A DNA stretch of 37,102 nt from contig NC_068983.1 of the NCBI RefSeq assembly GCF_001194135.2, forward strand, positions 118,530,114 to 118,567,215, in the 5' to 3' direction. Positions 1-11,009 of this stretch are shown here, one piece after another. How positions within the stretch are numbered: the stretch's first letter is position 1; each line of letters opens with the position of its first letter. The notes below the pieces were generated by a model, which made no database searches, was not told where the DNA came from, and worked only from the letters and a program-made list of their open reading frames with translations. The DNA is from Octopus bimaculoides. Its lineage: Eukaryota. The position numbers were made by a program, and so were the translations under genes.

Positions 1-18
1 TATATATATATGTATATG

Positions 19-51
<33 letters not shown>

Positions 52-78
52 ATATACACACACATGCACACACACACT
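1..78. repeat. Compound (TA)/(TATG)/(CA) microsatellite
   Basis: Direct reading of the sequence. Confidence 0.95.
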
Positions 79-693
79 CCATAGAAAAACTAGACATTAG
101 CTTAAATTTAACTCTAGCTTTAATACTTTCAGATATAAATTGATAAATCAATAACATTCCAATAAATTCAAATGAATTTGAAAATAAACTCTATACTTGC
201 TTGTATTATTATTATTAGCATTATGAATATGAAACTTAAAGGAAGTGGTTACAAGTAATGATATCTTTTGTTTCTACAACTATAGGCTATCAGAAAAGAA
301 ACTGCCAATGTCAGTGTACACACACACACACACACAGAGGCATACCTCTTACATATTTTTCAACTTTATGCTGTGTTTGTAAGAATGTAATCAAAAAATA
401 AACAGCAACTTCAGTCAATTTATCTGACTTCATGTCGGTCTCAGTGAAACACATTTAAAAGCATAAAAATGAAAAAAAAAAATGAAAATAAACCTATAAA
501 CTAACATTGAAGTGGATAATCAAATAGAATAGATATGAAAATATGTACAAGCCATTTTAAAGCAGATATAAACTAATAAATTTGTTTTAAATGTCTTTTT
601 ATGTATTTTTCATGTTATATCATTTTTGTATTTTAAGTCACATGTCTTGTAACCATTTACTGACATATGTTGAGGTATACCTCTCTCTCTCTT

Positions 694-734
<41 letters not shown>

Positions 735-1254
735 TGAAAAATATCATTCTACTTATGTATTTTTTGATGGTGGTAGTAGTGGTGGGGAGTCAAATTTTGT
801 AGGTGTTAGCTCAAAGTTTTGAGATCCTATGTCTGAGGTTATTATTATTGTATATAATTCTTAGCTTTACAATTTCACTTATCTAACAGGAACCAAACAA
901 GCTTACTGAGGCAAAGGGCCAGTTGAGAAAATTATTACAGTACTAGAGAGATGCTGTAAATAAACATTGAGAAAGAGTGGCTATATTAGGTTAAAACAGT
1001 TGTATTAGAAATACATATCATTAATTAGCTAAATATTTCAGCATCTATTATCAGTGTGTGTACAATTACTGCACCAGTAATTTAATAGCATTTGATGTAT
1101 TTATGAAGTATTTTACTTTAACTTCTATCTAGATTAGTGAAAGTTAGACAAATTTGTCATCTCTTTCTCCCTCTCTGTCTCATGGAGCAGGTTTTATTTA
1201 CATATGTCTTTTTTAAGAATAAAAATTTGCTTAGAAAGAAGGTAGTATATTATT

Positions 1255-1420
1255 GTTGTTGTTTAGCCCGAGGTCAATTGTGATTAAGTAGACCTATGAC
1301 AACCAAATGCATTCCTGCTATGATAATTATCTTGTTATTCCAATATATTGTTTCAATAACTACATAATTCAATGTATCTTTCCTTTCTTCGTTTGTTTTT
1401 AATGTTAGGGTGTTATCAGA
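1255..1420 (-). mobile_element. Old dispersed repeat (SINE-like, (AAC)n tail), degenerate copy
   Basis: Reverse complement ends ...gtcataggtctacttaatcacaattgacctcgggctaaacaacaacaa, resembling the tail at ~18340-18395 and the copy at 26270-26460. Confidence 0.4.
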
Positions 1421-3155
1421 GACAAACTTCTATACAGACACATTGTCTCCTTTATTGGTTTGTAGTAGGATAAGCTAACAAGGCTGGATCAATGTATTTC
1501 CTTTATCACATAAATTTTTTTATTACAGTCTTACACCCATGTTCTATGCTATACGAGTAGGATAGGTTTACGTTGTAAATATGTATAGAAATTTTCATAC
1601 TTCTTGTACAAATCTTTTGACAGATTGAAGTTATTCTTACAGCTTAGAATTCAACTGATAAGCAAAAGTAAATCACTGTTAATAAACCCCACTGACTCAA
1701 GCAGAATAAAATTCTTTGCTTAGAATCACACTGCAATGAATTTAGCAAGGTTTGAACTTACTATAAGACTAGCAATCTAGTACTTTATTATTTCCATTCA
1801 GTGACATTGACAAAGTGTATCAATGTGTTACTGAGATTGGTAACAAGATCATAGCTCAAAAGGAAAAAATAAGGTAGAAAATATGGAACTTCTAGTATTA
1901 CTACTTTGATAACAAAAGAGCTCATGTGAGAAAATAATTTTCAATCTCTAAATAAAAAATAGTTACTAAATTACACTGTGTAACAAAATTTTTATTTATC
2001 TATTTTTTGTCTTTGGTCAGTAAGTGTTATTTTCTATTCACTTCTATCTAGAAGTCAAGGGAAATGACAACTATTCCCATCAAACTTTGCTTTTGTGACC
2101 TGGAAATCAATGTTTTGAAACTGATCTATTTTCCATTACATTTCAGACAGATTCAGTGATGAGTTGCTGAAGCAGAAATATTGTTATAGCAAATATACTG
2201 CTCAATACCATAGATTTGCTTGTCAGTTGCTTGACTGTAATCACTTGAGCATGTCCCTTAGTGTCTGACAATATGTGTATCTCTGATCATGAGCAGGAGT
2301 AGCAGGGGAGCATCATAGCCATGTATTGAGAGGGATTCTTTGGGGTTTGAACAAATGTAACAAAAGCAAAGTTTGAAGGAAATATTAGCTATTTTCATAC
2401 TTTCTAGGGGTAAGCAAATAGGAAATAACAGTTGCTACTCAAGGACAAAAATTGCATTACAGTGTTATTCAGGAAACATTACAAGTAAATTAAATTAAAG
2501 CTGTTTGAGAACTAGATATGAAGTGAACATAGAAATATATGTTTGTATTTTAGAATTAAGTGTACATGCAAATACAGATAATTCCTATGACACAGCTAAT
2601 GTTTAGTTTTTTTTTGCTATGATTCTGTATCATGAGTCATTTGTGATTGCATTCACACTTGATTTAAATATGGATATGTCTTAAAAGCTTAGACGTATGC
2701 CTTGTCAACAGCAAATGATATCTAAAAACGTAACTTTAACTATGCTAAACATTTAGTCTCAGAAAAATTTAAGCACTGTTAGTCATTGGCTATATTCAGT
2801 ACCCATGAACTATACTCAGCCATTATGAAATACATTCAGTAATTAACTAAACTAAGGATAAATTATGATTCAAGTTAATATGGAACTAAACCACAACAGA
2901 AAGATATGATGAATTAGTTTCAGAACCTATAATAATATTTCAATAACAATCTATATTATTATGGGAAAATGGAGTTCACAGTGACAACTAATATGACATA
3001 CTGACAGATCCTACAATTATATGTTTACTTTCAATGATTATCAATAATTAGGAAATATGTTACAATATATTTTAATAACAATATAATAAACAAATAAATA
3101 TGTATCAGTTAAGAATACATTCATAAAAATATGATAACTTTGTTTAAAGATTAAT

Positions 3156-3385
3156 TTAACCCTTTTGTTACTATATTTCTGTTGAAATACTCTGAGTTTC
3201 TTTCAATTAATTTTAAATATAACAAAGAATTTAGTAAAATAGCTTAGTTATCATTAAACTAGCGTTATGAACATAAATTGTGATTAAAGTTTGGTGGGAG
3301 ATTTTAATTCAGAACTTTTGAAAACAAGACATTTGTATGACTGAACAAGAGGCAGTTTCAGTCGGGTTGGTATCAAAAGGGTTAA
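3156..3385. mobile_element. piggyBac-like MITE, family A (~230 bp)
   Basis: TTAA|CCCTTTTG...CAAAAGGG|TTAA: TTAA target duplication plus short TIRs. Related pieces at ~6785-6900, ~17560-17699 and 29668-29973. Confidence 0.8.
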
Positions 3386-4453
3386 ATGTTCCTGGAAACA
3401 CAAGTGGCTAGCCTAAAGTTAGTTCTTTTAAAACTTTTATTGAAGAATTTATCAGATTAGCAGATTTATTTACTTCCTCAATTAACTAACTGCAGAGCTT
3501 ATCAACATTTATATCATTAAAATAAGTTGAAATTTGAGATATACTGAGCAAAAATGTTCAAATTTGTGGTTAAGTGAAGCCTTCTGCTGATTATGTATCC
3601 ATGATAACTGAATTAATTTGCCACTTTTAATGATTCAATCTTGTTGTTTTTAAATTCTTTGTGATGAGAGTATTTATATTATCAACACTGACAGAGTGGG
3701 TATTAGTTGTACTTGAAGTTTTGGGTAGCCTGTTTATCAATGTACCAGTTATCTCAGGAGTCTATTTCTACAAACTCTATTGCTTCACTGAGTATAGAGT
3801 TTCTCCTTACTTTACATATTGAGTAATACCATTTTGTTTCATATTATCAGTGCTATGACTGGAATAGTTCTTTATTGTTAGTCCTACACTATTATGCATA
3901 AAAAATTACACATATACAAAACTAAATGGGAATACTAAATAATGCAATATAAGACAGTGAAACACCAGATGAAGTGCTTAGTTTTATCCTTCCATGTTCC
4001 ACATAGTTGATCATATCTAAAGGATCATTGCAATAAGTTTCAATAATATACTACTCACAAGTCAACTAAAAAATTACATGTTTTTCTGACAAAATAAAAT
4101 ACTAATATGATTATAGAAATCTTAAAGAGAGCAATTCCTACTTCTGTCATCCAGAGCTCCTTTGATTCCATTCTAACAGTGTTCTATTAACCACTTATTG
4201 TTCTTGTGTATTGTTTAAACTAACATTATTTTGTTATTCTAAACACTACTTGTCTAAATAAATTGTTTTGTAAGACAATTTAGAAATTCAAAGATGCCTT
4301 TAACAGACTATTTTAACTTATTTAAAGGACAGTTATATACATAGTAGATACCATAGATTATATAAATTTTGAAGCTTATTAAAACATTTTGATCTATTAC
4401 TTTGAAAGGTCTTACAGTGTGATACAATTATTTATGAAAGATAACTTGAGTGT

Positions 4454-4680
4454 TTAACCCTTTAATATTCACATTATTCTGCCAAAAGTAATTCTTATTT
4501 ACTCACATTGTTTTGAATTAATCATGAATTATCTTGTAGCTATGGGATTTTGATGAGGTGACCATTAATTTTTTAGAATGACATTGTAGAGGTATGAGAA
4601 GCCATATCTGGCCAGTTTGAACATAAAACAGGCAGAATATTTTGGACGGATATGGTTGGTTTAAATGCTAAAGGGTTTAA
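4454..4680. mobile_element. piggyBac-like MITE, family B (~225 bp)
   Basis: TTAA|CCCTTTA...TAAAGGG|(T)TTAA. Internal sequence shared with 16237-16466, 18069-18287 and 31782-32006. Confidence 0.8.
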
Positions 4681-4960
4681 GGACACCATTAGTTAATTTA
4701 CATTCAGTTCTCATAGACATAACATACATTTATTAAATATGCTTACAGTTTATTGGGTATATATGAAAGGTTAAAAGCTTTTTAATAATTTGCTAATCAG
4801 CATGATTTCGTTTATGAGAAATGAAATTTAAATAATTAGATTTTCTGACAAATCCAAGATATTTCTGTCATACCTTAACTGAGAAATGAAACAATAATTG
4901 CATTGCTACATAATGGCTATATTATAATACTGATTTTACTTTAATATAATATATAATAAT

Positions 4961-5283
4961 GTGAAGATGCATGGCTTAGTGGTTAAGGTATTTGGCTCAT
5001 GATTGTAAGGTCATGAGTTCAATTCCTGGCGACGCATTGTGTCCTTGAGCAAGACACTTTATATCACATTGCTCCAGTCCACTCAGCTGACAAAAATGAG
5101 TAGTACCTGTAATTTCAAAGGGCCAGGATTGTCACTCTCTGTCATGCTGAATCTTCCTGAGAACTATGTTAAGGGTACATGTGTCTGTAGAGTGCTCAGC
5201 CACTTACACATTAATTTCACGAGCGGGCTGTTCCATTGATTGGATCAACTGGAACCTTTGTTGTCATAACTAATGGAGTGCCA
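4961..5283 (+). mobile_element. tRNA-headed SINE (head X + tail P)
   Basis: A box TGGCTTAGTGG and B box GAGTTCAATTCC. Central GTGTCCTTGAGCAAGACACTTT block shared with 32838-33184; 3' half shared with 13078-13449. Confidence 0.85.
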
Positions 5284-6088
5284 GTATAGTATAGAATAAT
5301 ACTTCAATATTTCAGCAATCATTTTAAAGTGATACTTTATTGAAATTAAAAACAGCCCGATCAATTCACTAACTTTCAACTATAATGAAACACTAGTACA
5401 ATGATATAATTTGATATTTATATCAAAGCATGAAGCATGTTCTTACACACACACATGCGTGTGTAAAATATTCCTACTTTATGAAAATATTTCTCTAGTT
5501 CTGCAAATGAAAACTTATTTGTTGAAATGTTAATTAGTTCATTTTTGATTCTGAGCAAAAACTAATTTTTGTATTTACAGATTAGACTAAATAATAATTA
5601 CATAACAAATTGGCACTTTTCTATTAAATTGTCATTGTTGGTATATACAAGCAATAAAGAGTATACATGAATTTACATGTCCTCAGATTCTGCAGTGAAT
5701 ATTTTTTGCTTATACTTGTGATATTGCCAGAAATATAGAAACTGACAAAAAAAAAAAAAAAAAAAAAATTACGATAATTATACATATATACACACTCATC
5801 AACACAACAAATATTTTTAGGTGAAGAATTTAATATATTATCAATGTAACTACGTCATATTTATATAAAACCAATGTTTTCTTTTCACTTTTGAAAACTT
5901 TTCAGGAATTCTATTTTTCTACCAGTTACTTATAAACTATATTTATTGTGGTATGGTGTTTGTCCATGAAATTGCAGGTTTTCGTATTGACTCACAAAGA
6001 AGGATATTCAAACTACGTTAAAGAAGCGGAAAAAAAAATCAATTTTTACTTTTGCAACTTAGATGATTAGAAATGAACAATGAATTAC

Positions 6089-6089
<1 letters not shown>

Positions 6090-6154
<65 letters not shown>
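6090..6154. repeat. (ATT)n microsatellite
   Basis: Perfect trinucleotide run. Confidence 0.95.
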
Positions 6155-6155
<1 letters not shown>

Positions 6156-6164
6156 CTGAAGATT

Positions 6165-6243
6165 AAGGCACCGAGCTGGCAGAATTGTTAGCACGCTGGG
6201 CAAAATGTTTAGTGGTATTTTGTTTGTGCTATGTTCTGAGTTC
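6165..6243 (+). mobile_element. 5' head of SINE family 2, running into a gap
   Basis: aaggcaccgagctggcagaattgttagcacgctgggcaaaatg matches the head of 19753-20086. Confidence 0.75.
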
Positions 6244-6635
6244 NNNNNNNNNNNNNNNNNNNNNNNNNNNNNNNNNNNNNNNNNNNNNNNNNNNNNNNNN
6301 NNNNNNNNNNNNNNNNNNNNNNNNNNNNNNNNNNNNNNNNNNNNNNNNNNNNNNNNNNNNNNNNNNNNNNNNNNNNNNNNNNNNNNNNNNNNNNNNNNNN
6401 NNNNNNNNNNNNNNNNNNNNNNNNNNNNNNNNNNNNNNNNNNNNNNNNNNNNNNNNNNNNNNNNNNNNNNNNNNNNNNNNNNNNNNNNNNNNNNNNNNNN
6501 NNNNNNNNNNNNNNNNNNNNNNNNNNNNNNNNNNNNNNNNNNNNNNNNNNNNNNNNNNNNNNNNNNNNNNNNNNNNNNNNNNNNNNNNNNNNNNNNNNNN
6601 NNNNNNNNNNNNNNNNNNNNNNNNNNNNNNNNNNN
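6244..6635. other. Assembly gap (N)
   Basis: N run. Other gaps: 14366-14375, 15554-15872, 19879-19888, 23070-23317, 24298-24410, 34967-35114. Confidence 1.
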
Positions 6636-6670
<35 letters not shown>

Positions 6671-6784
6671 AGAGAGAGGTTTAAAGAGAAAACAGATCAC
6701 TATAAATGTAAATAGTATTTCAAAGAGTTAGCACATATTAACCTTGGTATAAAGTAATAGAATGACATGAGGACTTCAAATGAA

Positions 6785-6900
6785 ACTCAACCGTTCTTAT
6801 ATCAACCTTGCTGAGACAACTCCTGGTTCTATGATACAAACTTCCGATTTTAAAGGAATCTATATTAAAACCTTTCAAAATTTTGTGTTAATTTATGTTG
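6785..6900 (-). mobile_element. Partial family A MITE
   Basis: Reverse complement (…gtatcatagaaccaggagttgtctcagcaaggttgatataagaacggtt) resembles the right half of 3156-3385 and 17560-17699. Confidence 0.55.
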
Positions 6901-7715
6901 TGCTCTTATTGAAGATTCACACATTGACATAAAGTGCAAGGCTCATTGGTGCTAGGTCTCTGCATTTTCTACACATAGAGAAGCAGACTGTTGTTTTTAA
7001 TTGACAGCCAAGTAAAAATACAGAAGACAAGTTTGATGTTTAAAAATCAGTACAAACACTGATTATATGCCAGCAGCAGTGGTAGCATCCTGAATTTTCT
7101 CTGACCTGTTCTTAACTTAAGTACTTAACTTTCAGAGCAACCATCTTTCCTGCAAATCTCGTCTTCCTAGGTAACAAAAGCTACTGACTAATTCTAGTGA
7201 GCTAACCAGACATTGAAGAAAATCCATTTCTGAGTGTTCATAGTATGCACTGTGCACTGCTCCAGGGTATCTATCACACTGATGCTTACCTTCTCTGTTA
7301 GTCTACCTGCAATTCTACTACACCTCATACTGCTTGTGTGTCCATAGCTTACATTGGGCACAGTGTACAGAGTTTATATGTGATCCTTTCCTGTATACTG
7401 AACAAGACAATTTCCATGAAGATAACAAAATCCAGTCTTTTTTTCTCACTCACTAAAATCTTAGTCATTGCTAAATTTGTCATGAGGTTTCTTGATTCTT
7501 GGTTTAATGCTTAGAATTCTTGATTCTTGGTTTGGTTTAATGCCTAGAATTTCCTCTCTAATCCTACTATTGTCTAAGCTAGGAGAACAACTCATTGAAC
7601 AATCCAGTCTTAAACTCCTCTGTGATGGCCTGTAGGGCTATGATGAATAGGAGATGACTTTGATGAACTCCTGCTTTCATGCTAAATTCTTCACTGACTT
7701 TACTTACTGCATATT
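6895..7715 (-). pseudogene. Decayed RTE-type LINE ORF fragment (RT core to C-terminal region)
   Basis: Manual minus-strand translation gives broken motifs: EEFSMKAGVHQ...LLFIIALQAITEEFKTG, INSVHCAQCKLWTHK, LELVSSFCYLG, RKF...LPLLL. The last two parallel the intact fragment at 22740-23069 (LEVVDSFRYLG, KFRELLPLL). Many stops and frameshifts. Confidence 0.8.
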
Positions 7716-7839
7716 TGTGAGTGAGTGAATACATACACACATTTTGCTATGAGTGGACAGGTCTTGTGTCGTATCACATATCAGCAGTCAGCACAGTTCA
7801 ATGACAATGATATACAAAGTATGTTATGTTATATTATAT

Positions 7840-8063
7840 TATATTATCCTTTGCCATATCGCGGTTCACCTACTGCAATTTATTATTTAAGCTTATGTTG
7901 ATTCCTCTGTGGTGTTGTTTTGCATTTATAATGAAATAAATATGTACAAATTATAAAAATTATTAAAAAAATACACAGTACAGTACTGTTTCTACTTTGT
8001 GGATTTTCACCTACCACAGAGGGTTTAGAATGTAACACCCGTGATATTTGAGGGATTACTGTC
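7840..8063. mobile_element. Degenerate Tigger/pogo-like (Tc1/mariner superfamily) MITE
   Basis: Right end reverse complement cagtaatccctcaaatatcacggg versus left end tattatcctttgccatatcgcgg. Weak TIR match. Confidence 0.4.
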
Positions 8064-8724
8064 TATATATATATATAATGATAGAAAATTTAATATCAGT
8101 ATGTTTATAGAATGCTGATAATGCTAAATACTGTGTGTATATGTGTGTTAGTATGTGCATAGGACTTGTGAATGTCATTGTATAAAGAAAGATCATACAA
8201 GAGTTTATGTTTGTGTACAGTTGTAAAACTAAATTATAACTGTGATGATGATAATGATGATGATGATGATGACTAAATTTAATTATTATAAATGTAAGTG
8301 CAATAAGTAGAACAAGACAAAACAGGTATTTCTTGGTTAACAAGTTATACCTGTTGTTTAACAAAATACTCTCATGGATTTCTTTCCATCATAAACAAAC
8401 CCTCACACACATTGAAATGAAAATAGTTATAGAAAAAATATTTTCATAGTTTAAGTACACATTTCACAGTACTTTAAATGTATAAAAGTATTTTTAAAGA
8501 AACTCAACATAAAGCACTCTATGTATATTTAACAGTTTTTATATAGATATTACCACTTTTAATATAGCCATTGGAGCAAGAAACTATAACACTGTTTTAT
8601 AAAAGAGACATATCTTTAATTTGTGCAAGAGTAAAATTTTACTATCTAAAACTATTATTGTAAGAACTGTAATATATGTGTGTGTGTGTGTGTGTGGATT
8701 TATTATTTTGGGAGAAATACTTAC

Positions 8725-8818
8725 TTGCAATATTTCTCATCTAAGGGAGGTAACCGGTACCAGCATTCACCTTTGTTTAGACAATAATGTTGGTCTTCAC
8801 ACTGTTTTTCTGATGGTT
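8725..8818 (-). CDS. Internal coding exon: N-terminal part (Cys1-Cys4) of an EGF-like domain, (E)PSEKQCEDQHYCLNKGECWYRLPPLDEKYC(K/N)
   Basis: Acceptor ttgtatgtttgtattctattcag|AA and canonical donor TGCAA|gtaagt. 94 nt, phase 1 to phase 2, 30 open codons. Pattern C-x5-C-L-N-x-G-x-C-x11-C-x matches the EGF consensus (YCLNxGxC). Confidence 0.85.
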
Positions 8819-8972
8819 CTGAATAGAATACAAACATACAATAATATAGTTTTCAATGGACAATTACAAATGAGAAATCTTCATGGTAAACAAATTTTTT
8901 TCAGTAGAGTGTATGAAATTTCAAACTTGAGAGTAATTAGGTTGGGGGTTAGGAAAGCTACTTTGATCATCT

Positions 8973-9170
8973 CTAATATTGATTTCTTTTGGAAGCAGGA
9001 GTAGCAGAAACGTTAAGGTGCTTCACAAAATATTTTAGTTTTACTCCTCTATAATCTAAGTTCAAACAGTGCTTAAAGTCATCTTTGAATTTTATATCTT
9101 CAGGTTCAATAGCTGAAATACTAAGCAGGGATAGTGCTATGCACAAAGTAAACAAGGCTATTATTTCCAT
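8973..9170 (-). CDS. Candidate 65-aa ORF with signal-peptide-like N-terminus (MEIIALFTLCIALSLLSISA|IEPED...)
   Basis: Hydrophobic 20-residue leader followed by a charged region. Preceded on the minus strand by an acceptor-like ttttttgtgtaatcattcag. No strong donor links it to the EGF exon. Confidence 0.3.
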   Translation of the reverse strand: MEIIALFTLCIALSLLSISAIEPEDIKFKDDFKHCLNLDYRGVKLKYFVKHLNVSATPASKRNQY

Positions 9171-9728
9171 GGGTTCTAAATCTCAGGATACCATTGAATT
9201 TCTGAATGATTACACAAAAAATTTTTAATCCAACTAAGATCTCAAAAATTTAGCAAGAAAGGGAACAGGTAAGATAATTCCTGGAAGAGAGAAGAATGAA
9301 GGGTTGGAGATGAGCAGTTCATGCTGATGCTATGAGGTATTACATGATGTATGCAAATTTTTCCAGGTAACAGATTATCTTGGTGATAAACATTATCATA
9401 ATTATAATTTTTTGATTGCATTTATCATCTGGAATAAAAAGGGGTGTTAACTGGAGATAGATGTATGAAAAAACGAAAATTTGGAAAAAGAAGGGTGCAC
9501 ATCGAAAGCCTGGCTGGGAGATGAGGTTCACAAAAAACTGAGAGGATTCATATAGTGTAGAGCTTGCAGAAAAAGGCACACATTGTGAAACTGGAAGAGA
9601 GATGAAATATGTAAAAAAGAAATTAATGCAATAGGAATGTAATAATGAATTTTTCCTCCTTGGTTCCATTCCCTCTCTCAACAAAAAAGTCATTGTCTTG
9701 CAAGTTACTTGGTGATCTCGCTGGTGCA

Positions 9729-10053
9729 GGTACCATGTAAAATGCACCTATGCTGATGCCATGTTAAAGGCACTTGTGCTGGTGCCATGTAAAAAACACC
9801 TGTGCTGGTACCATGTGAAAAGCACTTGCACCAGTGCTATGTAAAGAGCACCTGTACTGGTGTTGCATAAAAAACACCTAGTACACTCTGTAAAGTGATT
9901 GGCATTAGGAAGGGCATCCAGCCAAAGAAACTCTCTGAAAACAAACAATTGGAGCCCGGTGCAGTTTCCTGGCTTGTCAGCCCCTGTTGAATCATCCAGC
10001 CTATGCCAGCATGGAAAATGGATGTTAAATGATAATGATGATGATGATGATGA
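9729..10053 (+). mobile_element. RTE-type 3' UTR/tail with ~6 tandem ~26-bp units
   Basis: Contains ggcattaggaagggcatccagc...atgccagcatggaaaatggatgttaaat(gat)n, as at 23450-23620. Preceded by ggtgccatgtaaaaaacacctgtgct-like repeats. Confidence 0.8.
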
Positions 10054-10091
10054 ATGGTGTTTATTTTTAGTTGGCTATAATTAAACAGTAG

Positions 10092-10401
10092 TCTTGGGCC
10101 AATCAAAACTTTGTGAGTAGATTTGATAGCTGGAATCTGAAAGAAGTTAGTCATGTATATATGTGAGTGTGTGCATAGTTGTGTCTCTTTGTCTTGATAT
10201 TGCACAACACTGTAAATGAATTTTATTCATTTGAAATATTCTGCAAAAACATGTCTAACCAAGGAGAAATATTATCTTGCTTGGAAACAGGTAACAGATG
10301 GTGACAGGAAGGGCAACAAGCCTTATAAAATCTGCCTCAATAAACTCCATCCAACTTGTGCATGCCTGGAAACTTAGACATTAAAATGATGATGATGATG
10401 A
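10092..10401 (+). mobile_element. 5'-truncated SINE with family-1 front half and RTE-like tail
   Basis: ttgtgagtagatttgatag...ctgaaagaag as in family 1. Tail ggaaacaggtaacagatggtgacaggaagggc...cattaaaatgatgatg matches 23868-24000 reverse complement. Confidence 0.55.
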
Positions 10402-10921
10402 AGACTGATTATAAAAGTATATTCTGATGAAGTGGAATTATATCACTGACCAGGTTGGAAAAGTGTAATTAAAACTTTTTAACACTTCGTAATGGGCAAT
10501 ATAATTATAGAATGAAAGTAAATATAAACAGTTAGTGAATTCTTAAATGGCTAAAGTGACCTTTCCACAGTGTAAATTGTTGCATACAATCTCAGATCAA
10601 GTTGCTTGTTAAACAAGTACAACTCTGAAATATTATATATTATCATATATATAAATTAAGATAATATATACTATTACTGTAAAATATTATTGTGATATAT
10701 ATTACTATATTAAAACACTTAAGTTAGAAATTTTGGTAAGCTTAATTTCTGGTTGACTTCAAACTAATTCATACTTTCCTTCATTTATAAGTTAGAGTTT
10801 CACCTTTCCTTATATTTCATCGCTATCTATAATATAATGATTGAAGAAGTGCTGGACTGTGTCCAGTTTTTTTTTTCCTTGCATCATTAAAAAAGTCATA
10901 TTGCTTTGAAGAAATTATGGC

Positions 10922-11009
10922 GGAGGTAAAGAAGATGCACACTACCTGTTTTCGCCATAACCCTAACCTTAAATACTGAGAACAGGTGGTGTGCATATTC
11001 TTTACCTTC
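10922..11009. mobile_element. Small fold-back (MITE-like) element with ~30-bp arms and TAACCCTAACC spacer
   Basis: ggaggtaaagaagatgcacactacctgttttc pairs with the reverse complement of gagaacaggtggtgtgcatattctttaccttc (about 4 mismatches). Confidence 0.65.

Noticed and set aside
4866-4890. Apparent microexons (minus cag|TTAAG|gtatga here; plus tag|AG|gtaagt at ~17899)
   Set aside because: Such adjacent motifs are expected by chance in AT-rich DNA and have no coding support.
4961-5035. tRNA-like sequences with A and B boxes (also 11010, 13449, 19753, 30637, 33184)
   Set aside because: These are SINE heads followed by SINE bodies, not complete tRNA genes.
6185-6715. Long ORFs spanning N runs (also 15458-15962, 22800-23544, 24089-24479, 34899-35204)
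   Set aside because: They stay open only because N codons cannot be stops. Only the 22740-23069 RTE frame is real.
8056-8364. ORF with hydrophobic stretch and poly-His, a possible TM exon after the EGF exon
   Set aside because: The poly-His comes from a (CAT)n microsatellite. Splicing here would give C-K-Y and lose Cys5 and Cys6.
8525-8591. CSNGY peptide just downstream of the EGF exon on the minus strand
   Set aside because: No AG is placed to give C-x-C spacing and no sixth cysteine follows.
8621-9004. 127-aa plus-strand ORF
   Set aside because: It includes a (TG)n tract, has no recognisable motif, and is antisense to the better-supported EGF exon.
9104-9268. Plus-strand acceptor and donor pair enclosing 165 nt
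   Set aside because: All three frames contain stops, and it overlaps the minus-strand signal-peptide ORF.
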